Positions 18,926 through 26,369 of a stretch of DNA of 32,000 bases are shown one piece after another. Origin of the DNA: Croceimicrobium sp. (GTDB lineage Bacteria; Bacteroidota; Bacteroidia; Flavobacteriales; Schleiferiaceae); NCBI RefSeq assembly GCF_965228705.1, contig NZ_OZ245832.1, positions 1,565,340 through 1,597,339 of the forward strand. Direction: 5' to 3'. Positions within the stretch are counted from its first letter, which is position 1; each line of letters begins with the position of its first letter. Both the position numbers and the translations under genes were made by a program. The notes beneath the pieces are model-generated. The model was not told the origin of the DNA. It did not search any database and saw nothing but the letters and a program-made list of their open reading frames with translations.

Positions 18926-19561
18926 TTAGTTTTCGTCTAAGTCCTCTACAAGCAGTTTAAACTTCTTCCCTTTATACTCGAACCAACAAGGGTAGCGATC
19001 ATTATCCGCTACTCTTAACTTATTGAACTCGGCCTCCAGGGATGATTGAATATCAATTCTGTTATCCTCACGAGTAAATTTTCGGTAGAAGGTTTCTTCA
19101 CCTTCCTGTTTATGACCCTGAACTGGGAAATTCTGGATATACTTTAATACCAAACGCTTGGTTACTTCAAACTGCTTGGCTTTGATTTGAGCATTTAATT
19201 CGGTGCCATCCAAGGGAAAATATTCCTGATAATAAATATCTCCGGAGTCTACTTTGTCCGCAGCTTCAATCAGGCTCACAGGAATTTCTGTGTTTCCTTC
19301 CAATACTTGCCAGGCTACCGGAGACCAACCTTTTCCTTTGGGCAAAGGACTAGGATGTGCCACCACACAACTTTTATAGCGATCTAATACTTCCCTCTTC
19401 AGGATTTTCTCACAGCTTAAGGCGCATAACACATCTCCTCCTTCTGCATCAGAAGAATTAAAAACATGACGCACCTCATGGTCTTTCAAACCTTCCAGGA
19501 GCTCTGGAATGTACTCTACAATCCAGCTTTCTTTATTATCTGTTAAGACGTCTATCTTCAT
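18926..19561 (-). CDS. formyltransferase-fold protein (putative sugar N-formyltransferase; canonical catalytic Asn not evident)
   Basis: 211-aa ORF. 'CVVAHPSPLPKGKG' aligns to the PurN/Fmt 'LNIHPSLLPxxxG' motif, keeping the His but with Val in the Asn position. 'ADKVDSGDIY' keeps the catalytic Asp. The C-terminal part 'FTREDNRIDIQSSLEAEFNKLRVADNDRYPCWFEYKGKKFKL' is like the end of the formyltransferase core. Confidence 0.65.
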   Translation of the reverse strand: MKIDVLTDNKESWIVEYIPELLEGLKDHEVRHVFNSSDAEGGDVLCALSCEKILKREVLDRYKSCVVAHPSPLPKGKGWSPVAWQVLEGNTEIPVSLIEAADKVDSGDIYYQEYFPLDGTELNAQIKAKQFEVTKRLVLKYIQNFPVQGHKQEGEETFYRKFTREDNRIDIQSSLEAEFNKLRVADNDRYPCWFEYKGKKFKLLVEDLDEN

Positions 19562-19623
19562 AATGCTTTTGATGCTAGAAACCCATGTGAACCTGTCTGA
19601 GAATTGAAGCTAATTCTCTGGAC

Positions 19624-20595
19624 TTAAATGGATTTTTGTTTAAAAGACTCAATCAATTTCGCTTGAAGCAGATTTTGCTCATACTCCTCATTTCGCAAAT
19701 CTGAATCCTTATCCTTCAACATTTTATGAAAGTGCAAGGCAATATTGGTGAAGGCATCATCTTCTGGCAGATCTACCGTTTTAGAACCCTCATTTGACTC
19801 GATAGTCATTTGTGGCACAAAACCTTTACGAGCTGTAAACAATCGATTGGTGAAGAGTTTGCCTTTGGAGCCCCAAACTTCAATTCCACATTGGTAGAAA
19901 TTATCAAAACCGAAGGAAACCTGAGCCGTAGCGGCGCCATCTTTGGTTTTCAGCATCCCATTTCCGTAGATATCTACCTGACGGTCCTCATCCATCGCTA
20001 ATTGCGCAGCCACAACTTCAACATCCTTTCCGAGGAATAAAGCGGCGGTTTTTAAAGTATATGCACCTGCATCGAGCAAGGCTCCACCCCCTAAACTCTT
20101 TTGATATCGGATATTATCAGCATCGGGAAAGGGTGGAAAGCCAAAGGAAGCTCTAAATGAGCGAACTTCACCAATAATCCCATCCTTAAGAGACTCTTGA
20201 ATGCTTTTCAACTGCTTATGGAAGCGAAACTGAAAGCTTTCCAATACAACTAATTGCTTTTCCTTTGCTAAAGAAATGAGCTCCTTTACTTCGTCCTCTG
20301 TGCTTGCCAGGGATTTCTCAACCCAAACATGTAAGCCTTTATTTAATGCCTTACGAATCCATTCATAATGCATTCCGATAGGTAATGGAATATATACAGC
20401 ATCCAAGGTATCGATATCCAATAATTGATCATAACCCTCTATAACCGGAATACCATTAATCTCCGACTCTCCATCGGCTTTAGATCTGGTTGCAATAGCC
20501 ACAATTTCGAACTGATCCGAAAGCTCAGCCAAAGTGGGGATAATGGAACGCAGCGCAATATTTGCTTTGCCTAAAACACCAATCTTTATTCTCAT
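19624..20595 (-). CDS. Gfo/Idh/MocA-family NAD(P)-dependent oxidoreductase, probable NDP-hexose ketoreductase (KijD10-like C3-ketoreductase)
   Basis: 323-aa ORF with 'IGVLGKANIALRS' Rossmann motif, 'VWVEKSLA' (EKP-like motif) and 'NIRYQKSLGGGALLDAGAYTLKTAALFLG'. Its start overlaps the stop of the 2,3-dehydratase (ATGA at 20592-20595). Confidence 0.65.
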   Translation of the reverse strand: MRIKIGVLGKANIALRSIIPTLAELSDQFEIVAIATRSKADGESEINGIPVIEGYDQLLDIDTLDAVYIPLPIGMHYEWIRKALNKGLHVWVEKSLASTEDEVKELISLAKEKQLVVLESFQFRFHKQLKSIQESLKDGIIGEVRSFRASFGFPPFPDADNIRYQKSLGGGALLDAGAYTLKTAALFLGKDVEVVAAQLAMDEDRQVDIYGNGMLKTKDGAATAQVSFGFDNFYQCGIEVWGSKGKLFTNRLFTARKGFVPQMTIESNEGSKTVDLPEDDAFTNIALHFHKMLKDKDSDLRNEEYEQNLLQAKLIESFKQKSI

Positions 20596-22004
20596 ACGAA
20601 TGATAATGCTGCAATCAGGCTACGTGCCTGAATGTTTAAATAATTATTATAGCGTAAGAAGTTATGTAGTTGACCCAAGGTCATCCAGATATAGTTTTCG
20701 GGTAATTCTACCGGAATTTCATCACCAGCGATAATCGCCATATTTCGATTTTGTTCCCTGTAAAAACGGCCTCCTTCTTCCGACTGCAGGCAATCAAAAA
20801 TTACTTGATCCTGAGCCGCATTTAAAACATAATCCAAGAAGGGCAAAGAGCCTTGTTTGGATTCTCGGTAATTACCGGTTAAACATTGTACGGTTGGAGC
20901 TAATTCGATGATATCGTGATTACCACATTCCAATTTAGCTTGAACTGCAAAATGTAATACCCCATTAATCTCTTTACAAACAAAGGCACAGAGGCCTTCC
21001 TGAGCAGGCTCAACCATAGGCTGACTCCAACTAACAACCTCCCGGTTACCAATTTGTACATCCACAGGAATTACTCTAAAGTATTTGCCATCAGGACGAT
21101 AAATCATTTCCTGATCAAAAACCCATTGATCCGTTTTTGCCAAATCAACCTTAGATACTTTTAGACTATACATACTCTTAAAGTGAGTAATAAAGGATAT
21201 TACCTCATCTATGGGATGTAAGCTATTTTCATCGGTTAAGGCTGAACGCAAGATCTTACTGGAAACCTCCCCGTCGCTATTATCTAAAAAGGTGTAAAAA
21301 TCTATAGACTCCTGGTTCACCGTACCAAATGGAATACCACTTATTACAGTTCGGGTATCCATATTCACCAAATTATCATAGCGCATCAAGGTCTTTAATT
21401 GCGCCAGGGTAACCCATTGGAAGTTATCGTAAACTTCAATTTCTTCCTCTACCTTGATAATAATATTTCGATTGCGTTTTCGCAAAAAGCGTGCACCCTG
21501 TTCACTTTGTAATTGATCTAATAATACCTGATTTGGACTGGCATTTCTGAAATAGTCCAGGTATAAAGGTTGACGTCCTTTATGAACCTGAGTATAATTA
21601 CTGCGTGTAGCTTGTAAGGTGGGGGAAAGCTGTACGTAATTCACATTGCCCGGCTCAATTTTGGCTTGTACCAGGAAGTGTAAAATCCCATTGAACTCTT
21701 TGGTAATGAACCCTAAATAGCCCACTTCCGGCTGATTGATGATCGGTTGTTCCCAATAAGGAACTTTTCCCCAATCCGTCTCCACAGCAATACCATCAAT
21801 AGAGAAAAACTTACCTGAATTATGGGCAATTCTGCCACTATCCTTATCGTAAGACCACTGCTGTAATTTATCGAAGCGGCTTTTGGTAATTTGAACATTG
21901 ACCGCTTCATTTTGCTCGGCCACCCACTCAATCATTTGAGGAATGGTTTTAAAGCTCCCTTCTAGTGAGAATGCACTCTTTAAAAACAGCTGTGTCTTTT
22001 TCAT
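20592..22004 (-). CDS. NDP-hexose (dTDP-4-keto-6-deoxyglucose) 2,3-dehydratase, EvaA/TylX3/OleV family
   Basis: 470-aa ORF with a clear internal duplication of two ~200-aa lobes: 'GKFFSIDGI..GYLGFITKEFNGILHFLVQAKIEPGN..LQSEQGARFLRKRNRN' versus 'GKYFRVIPV..GLCAFVCKEINGVLHFAVQAKLECGN..LQSEEGGRFYREQNRN'. Size and architecture are characteristic of this family. Confidence 0.8.
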   Translation of the reverse strand: MKKTQLFLKSAFSLEGSFKTIPQMIEWVAEQNEAVNVQITKSRFDKLQQWSYDKDSGRIAHNSGKFFSIDGIAVETDWGKVPYWEQPIINQPEVGYLGFITKEFNGILHFLVQAKIEPGNVNYVQLSPTLQATRSNYTQVHKGRQPLYLDYFRNASPNQVLLDQLQSEQGARFLRKRNRNIIIKVEEEIEVYDNFQWVTLAQLKTLMRYDNLVNMDTRTVISGIPFGTVNQESIDFYTFLDNSDGEVSSKILRSALTDENSLHPIDEVISFITHFKSMYSLKVSKVDLAKTDQWVFDQEMIYRPDGKYFRVIPVDVQIGNREVVSWSQPMVEPAQEGLCAFVCKEINGVLHFAVQAKLECGNHDIIELAPTVQCLTGNYRESKQGSLPFLDYVLNAAQDQVIFDCLQSEEGGRFYREQNRNMAIIAGDEIPVELPENYIWMTLGQLHNFLRYNNYLNIQARSLIAALSFV

Positions 22005-22045
22005 AGGATCTAAATGCTTTTTGTTTTCCTGCCGGAAATCTCAGT

Positions 22046-22921
22046 CTACTTTGTTAAAAGCTTATTCAAGTATTCACCATAAGAACTCTTCCCCTGGTGG
22101 GTCACATGCATTTGAAGAGTTGGCTTATCGATATTACCCATTCGATATGCGATCTCCTCAAGGCAAGCAATCTTCAAGCTGGTTCGTTTCTCAACCGCCT
22201 TAACGAATTCTGTAGCCTCACTCATACTTTCATGGGTACCAGTATCCAGCCAGGCATAACCACGACTCAACTTTTGAAGTTTCAAATTTTGAGCTTGCAA
22301 ATAGTTTTGATTTACGGTAGTAATCTCCAATTCCCCTCTGGAAGAAGGTTTTACCTGCTTTGCAATTTCCACCACAGAATTTGGGTAATAATACAGGCCT
22401 ACAACCGCATAATTTGATTTGGGCTCAAGTGGTTTTTCCTCTATGCTCAATACATTGCCGGCTTCATCAAAATCCGCAACGCCATAGCGCTCAGGATCTT
22501 CCACATAGTAGCCAAATACCACCGCTTTTTGCTCTTCCTTTACTGTACTTACAGCATCAGCTAAAAGCTTTTGCAAACCGGCTCCATAGAAGATATTGTC
22601 TCCCAGCACTAAACACACATCATCATCGCCGATGAAATCTTCGCCAATAATAAATGCTTGCGCAAGGCCATCCGGAGAAGGTTGCTCGGCATAACTAAGC
22701 TTAATTCCAAAGCCACTTCCATCCCCTAATAGCCTTTCAAAGCCAGGTAAATCATGCGGCGTTGAAATAATTAGAATTTCGGTAATACCCGATAGCATCA
22801 ATACCGACAATGGGTAATAGATCATGGGTTTATCGTAAACAGGTAAAAGCTGCTTGCTAACGGCCTTGGTTAAAGGATACAATCGAGTACCGGATCCACC
22901 GGCTAAAATGATTCCTTTCAT
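22046..22921 (-). CDS. rfbA: glucose-1-phosphate thymidylyltransferase
   Basis: 291-aa ORF with '[43 protein letters not shown]' and 'LGDNIFYG', the canonical RmlA sequence. Confidence 0.92.
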   Translation of the reverse strand: MKGIILAGGSGTRLYPLTKAVSKQLLPVYDKPMIYYPLSVLMLSGITEILIISTPHDLPGFERLLGDGSGFGIKLSYAEQPSPDGLAQAFIIGEDFIGDDDVCLVLGDNIFYGAGLQKLLADAVSTVKEEQKAVVFGYYVEDPERYGVADFDEAGNVLSIEEKPLEPKSNYAVVGLYYYPNSVVEIAKQVKPSSRGELEITTVNQNYLQAQNLKLQKLSRGYAWLDTGTHESMSEATEFVKAVEKRTSLKIACLEEIAYRMGNIDKPTLQMHVTHQGKSSYGEYLNKLLTK

Positions 22922-22926
22922 AAAGC

Positions 22927-23901
22927 TTAATCTTTTTTAGTGCTATACCAATCGAAAACTTCCTTCAAGCCTTTTTCAAAGCGAACTTTGGGCGAATACC
23001 CTAGAAGTTCCTCGGCTTTATTAATATTGGCTTTGCTATGTCTAACGTCCCCAGGTCTTTCCGGTCCGTGGGTAACTTTAACTTTCTTCCCTGCGATTCC
23101 TTCCAGCATGCTCACCATTTCATTCAAGGAAATTTGGTCACCGCAAGCTCCATTATATACCTGGTTCAGTGCCTTTGGATTTTCGGTAAACAGACCCAAA
23201 TCATTCAATAGTACCGCATTATCCACAAAGGTGAAATCACGGCTGGTCTCACCATCACCATTGATGGTAATCTCACCATCCTCTAAAAAGGCCTTACAGA
23301 AAATTGGAATAACCGCTGCATAGGGATTATCCGGATTTTGTTTGGGACCAAATATGTTAAAGTAGCGAAACCCAATCCAGTCCAGACCATAGGTTTTGCC
23401 AAAGACATCGGCAAACTGCTCTACAGAGTATTTAGTTACGGCATAGGGACTCAAAGGATTACCAATACGATCTTCTACTTTAGGCAGACCGGGATGATCG
23501 CCATAAGTACTGGAACTACAGGCCAGTATAACCCTATCCACACCTTGTTTTACAGCGGCATGCAAAACATTTACCGTTCCGAGAATATTCACCTCAGTGC
23601 TTCGCATTGGGTTTTCGATGCTTCTTGGCACTGATCCCAAAGCAGCCTGATGACTGATTTTATCAATACCCTCGCAAGCCTTTAAGCAAGTCTCGTAATT
23701 GGTGATATCACCATTGATAAACTCAAATTTGCTGTGCCCTTCGAATCCTTTGATGTTTTCGTAGTAGCCATTACTCAAATCATCGAGAATGCGCACTAAT
23801 GCCACACGTTCATCATTGAGAAAGTGCTCTACCAAATTGGAGCCGATAAAACCGGCACCACCGGTAATAAGAAGATTGATTGGTTTATTCGCTTCGCTCA
23901 T
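22927..23901 (-). CDS. NAD-dependent UDP-GlcNAc(A) C4-epimerase, WbpP/TviC-like SDR
   Basis: 324-aa ORF with '[16 protein letters not shown]', '[11 protein letters not shown]', '[15 protein letters not shown]' and 'YAVTK'. It is paired with a TviB/WbpO-like dehydrogenase upstream. Confidence 0.75.
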   Translation of the reverse strand: MSEANKPINLLITGGAGFIGSNLVEHFLNDERVALVRILDDLSNGYYENIKGFEGHSKFEFINGDITNYETCLKACEGIDKISHQAALGSVPRSIENPMRSTEVNILGTVNVLHAAVKQGVDRVILACSSSTYGDHPGLPKVEDRIGNPLSPYAVTKYSVEQFADVFGKTYGLDWIGFRYFNIFGPKQNPDNPYAAVIPIFCKAFLEDGEITINGDGETSRDFTFVDNAVLLNDLGLFTENPKALNQVYNGACGDQISLNEMVSMLEGIAGKKVKVTHGPERPGDVRHSKANINKAEELLGYSPKVRFEKGLKEVFDWYSTKKD

Positions 23902-24017
23902 GCTATTGTAATTGAGGCTTCGATTATTATTCTCGGAGCGCCTTAATTAATTTACAATTCGATTTTTCCGAATTTGAATAGATTTGGATAGGAGTTAAGA
24001 AATATCTCAGACTTCTA

Positions 24018-24086
24018 CCTAATAAAAGACCCAGAACGATTTGAGAGAAATGATTGCTCATGACTTCTCAAAATAGGTAGGGTCTT
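24018..24086 (-). terminator. compound stem-loop with U-rich tail between the dehydrogenase and epimerase genes (possible partial terminator or attenuator)
   Basis: The outer stem AAGACCC (24026-24032) pairs with GGGTCTT (24080-24086). The inner stem TTTGAGA (24040-24046) pairs with TCTCAAA (24066-24072). On the minus strand the structure is followed by TTTTATT. It starts 59 nt after the stop at 24145. Confidence 0.3.
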
Positions 24087-24144
24087 CATTTTAATTCAAC
24101 ATCACCCAATGGTGAGTTTATTTATAAGAATAGTTCTTAGTCGA

Positions 24145-25449
24145 TTACAGACGGCCATCCACCAATTCCTTTGGTAGAATGCTTTTCACATCGTACAGAA
24201 CGCCTCCGTCTCGGGCAAGAGATTTTAAGTCCATCTCCAAGAACTCATTATGTGCTACGGCTAATACCACTGCATCATAATTTGATTCCAGATTATCCAC
24301 TGCGCGCAATCCGTATTCATGCCACACTTCTTCTTTATCCGCCCATGGATCATAAACATCCACACTCAGGTCATAGGAACGAAGCTCTTTGTAAATATCA
24401 ATCGCTCGGGTATTTCGGATATCAGGACAATTCTCTTTGAAGGTAATACCCAACATCAAGATTTTGGAACCTAATACCTTGAGATCCTTCTTCACCATTA
24501 GCTTCACTACCTGGGTTGCCACATACTGCCCCATGGAATCGTTCAAACGGCGACCGGCAAGGATAATTTCTGGATGATAACCAACTTCCTGAGCTTTTTG
24601 AGCCAAATAATAAGGATCCACTCCGATACAGTGCCCCCCAACCAAACCTGGCTTGAAGGGTAAGAAATTCCACTTGGTACCGGCCGCTTCCAATACTTCC
24701 TGGGTATCAATACCCATCAAATTGAAAATTTTGGCAAGCTCATTCACAAAAGCGATATTAATATCACGTTGAGAATTCTCAATCACCTTTGCTGCTTCAG
24801 CCACTTTTAAGGACGAAGCTTTGAAAGTCCCAGCCGTAATTACAGAGCGATATAACTCATCAACATACTCAGCCACCTCGGGAGTTGATCCTGAAGTAAC
24901 TTTTAAAATTTTGGTAACCGTGTGTAATTTATCACCCGGATTAATACGTTCGGGAGAATAGCCTACAAAGAAATCTTCATTGAACTTTAAACCTGAGGTT
25001 TTCTCCAAAATTGGAACACAATGTTCTTCAGTTACCCCTGGATATACGGTAGATTCATAAATAACCACATCGCCTTTGCCTAAAACACGACCAACAGTTT
25101 CGCTAGACTTGGTAAGGGGGGTTAAAACAGGACGATTATGTTCATCTGTAGGAGTAGGAACCGTTACGATGTATATATTACATTCGCTGATGTCGGTAAC
25201 TGCATCACTGCAATACAATCCCTTACCATTGATTTTAAGTTCCATGGGATTGGGCAATACAACAGATTGCAACTCTTCATCACTTACCTCCAGGGTACGA
25301 TCCGTCCCTTTGGAAAGTTCTTCTACCCTTGCCTTGTTGATATCAAAACCAACTGTAGGGAATTTCTTGGCAAATTCCACTGCCAAAGGAAGGCCAACGT
25401 AGCCTAATCCTATTAAAGCAATTTTTGAATCCTTCAGATCCTTCATCAT
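24145..25449 (-). CDS. UDP-N-acetyl-hexosamine 6-dehydrogenase (nucleotide-sugar dehydrogenase, TviB/WbpO-like)
   Basis: 434-aa ORF with '[21 protein letters not shown]' NAD motif and catalytic-Cys block '[17 protein letters not shown]'. The size (~425-435 aa) is typical of TviB/WbpO rather than Ugd. Confidence 0.85.
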   Translation of the reverse strand: MMKDLKDSKIALIGLGYVGLPLAVEFAKKFPTVGFDINKARVEELSKGTDRTLEVSDEELQSVVLPNPMELKINGKGLYCSDAVTDISECNIYIVTVPTPTDEHNRPVLTPLTKSSETVGRVLGKGDVVIYESTVYPGVTEEHCVPILEKTSGLKFNEDFFVGYSPERINPGDKLHTVTKILKVTSGSTPEVAEYVDELYRSVITAGTFKASSLKVAEAAKVIENSQRDINIAFVNELAKIFNLMGIDTQEVLEAAGTKWNFLPFKPGLVGGHCIGVDPYYLAQKAQEVGYHPEIILAGRRLNDSMGQYVATQVVKLMVKKDLKVLGSKILMLGITFKENCPDIRNTRAIDIYKELRSYDLSVDVYDPWADKEEVWHEYGLRAVDNLESNYDAVVLAVAHNEFLEMDLKSLARDGGVLYDVKSILPKELVDGRL

Positions 25450-25457
25450 ATTAGCAT

Positions 25458-25985
25458 TTAACTCTCCCAGATCAACAAATAACTCTGCCGATCCAGTAAT
25501 TTTTCAATTTCTACTCGTGACTTAAAATGTACATAACGGATTTTCCGCTCGATTTCCTTTTCTGCTTTCTCAAGTAAAATCAAGAGATAATCCATATTTA
25601 ACTCCGATCCTAAAACAAAAAGGTCGATGATACCACTATCCCGACCTTCCGCATAATCCCCCACTAAATATACCGCTTCAACCTTACCTAAACGCTCAGT
25701 TATACTATCTACAATTTTATCTAAGCCAACATACTTCATTACTAAACCATGCAAGTTCTCAAATAAAGGATGCTTGGGATTAGCACGGTAGACCTTTTTA
25801 TTGCCCTCAGATTCTGATGAAAGCATACCTGCTTCCTCAAATTTATTGAGCTCCAACCGGATGGCATTCGTACTTTCACCAAACTCGTGTTCAAGGCTAC
25901 GTAAATAACCTTTGGACTGAGCATTCAGAAAGAATTTCAGCAATAATTTAATGCGGGTACGAGAAGAAATGAGCGTTTCGAGCAT
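25458..25985 (-). CDS. winged-helix (ArsR-like) transcriptional regulator with C-terminal nucleotidyltransferase-like domain
   Basis: 175-aa ORF with an N-terminal wHTH pattern ('[43 protein letters not shown]'). The C-terminal '[22 protein letters not shown]' resembles the minimal NTase G-x-x-A-x-G...D-x-D motif. It is the first gene of the locus, 8 nt upstream of the dehydrogenase gene. Confidence 0.6.
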   Translation of the reverse strand: MLETLISSRTRIKLLLKFFLNAQSKGYLRSLEHEFGESTNAIRLELNKFEEAGMLSSESEGNKKVYRANPKHPLFENLHGLVMKYVGLDKIVDSITERLGKVEAVYLVGDYAEGRDSGIIDLFVLGSELNMDYLLILLEKAEKEIERKIRYVHFKSRVEIEKLLDRQSYLLIWES

Positions 25986-26040
25986 ATTTTAAATACGGCT
26001 TCGCCTGGTGAGTCCCAGGAAAATGGGATTCACAAATGAT

Positions 26041-26063
26041 ATTGAGTAGAATAATTACTCAAT
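26041..26063. promoter_or_regulatory. perfect 8-bp inverted repeat ATTGAGTA-N7-TACTCAAT (candidate operator)
   Basis: Read directly from the sequence. It lies just downstream of the candidate -7 promoter box and ~55-78 nt upstream of the regulator start codon. Confidence 0.35.
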
Positions 26064-26066
26064 AAG

Positions 26067-26074
26067 CAAATATA
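26067..26074 (-). promoter_or_regulatory. candidate Bacteroidota sigma-A -7 box (TAtaTTTG) for the polysaccharide locus
   Basis: The minus strand reads TATATTTG, matching the TAnnTTTG consensus. It lies ~82 nt upstream of the regulator ATG and just downstream of a strong terminator. No clear -33 TTTG was found. Confidence 0.35.
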
Positions 26075-26123
26075 TACAGTACTCGGAAATTAGAAAACAG
26101 CTTAAAATTATTTTTTTGTTACC

Positions 26124-26153
26124 AATAAAAAAAGGAGTGCAATGCACTCCTTT
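26124..26153 (-). terminator. Rho-independent terminator
   Basis: The minus strand reads AAAGGAGTGC-ATT-GCACTCCTTT, a 10-bp perfect stem, followed by TTTTATT. It lies 25 nt after the stop of the 59-aa ORF. Confidence 0.7.
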
Positions 26154-26177
26154 CTAGTATAATATCCAATTGGATTA

Positions 26178-26357
26178 TCAATTTTCTTTACTCTTCGAGT
26201 GAACAGCTTTCGCTCCCACCAATGCTCCGGCAGCGGCCAGGATTGCCAATCCGGGAATCGGAGTTGGTGTTCCACCTGGTGTAGGATCTGCAGGTTGTGC
26301 ATTTAGGACCATAGCTCCCATCACAAAAAAGGCAATAATTACAATTCTCTTTTTCAT
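26178..26357 (-). CDS. 59-aa secreted mini-protein with PEP-CTERM-like C-terminal tripartite tail
   Basis: The ATG at 26357 is preferred because the track's start at 26363 is TTG. The protein has a signal peptide 'MKKRIVIIAFFVMGAMVLNA', a Pro/Thr-rich 16-mer 'QPADPTPGGTPTPIPG', a Gly/Ala-rich hydrophobic stretch 'LAILAAAGALVGA' and a basic end 'KAVHSKSKEN'. It starts 12 nt after the T9SS cargo stop codon and is followed by a terminator. Confidence 0.5.
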   Translation of the reverse strand: MKKRIVIIAFFVMGAMVLNAQPADPTPGGTPTPIPGLAILAAAGALVGAKAVHSKSKEN

Positions 26358-26369
26358 CTCCAAATTTCT

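Noticed and set aside
22927-23901. The 324-aa SDR, considered as the missing dTDP-glucose 4,6-dehydratase (RmlB) for the dTDP branch.
   Set aside because: Its motifs ('[11 protein letters not shown]', 'LGSVPRS') and its pairing with a TviB/WbpO-like dehydrogenase fit a WbpP/TviC-type UDP-HexNAc(A) 4-epimerase. It has no RmlB-like signature and is shorter than typical RmlB.
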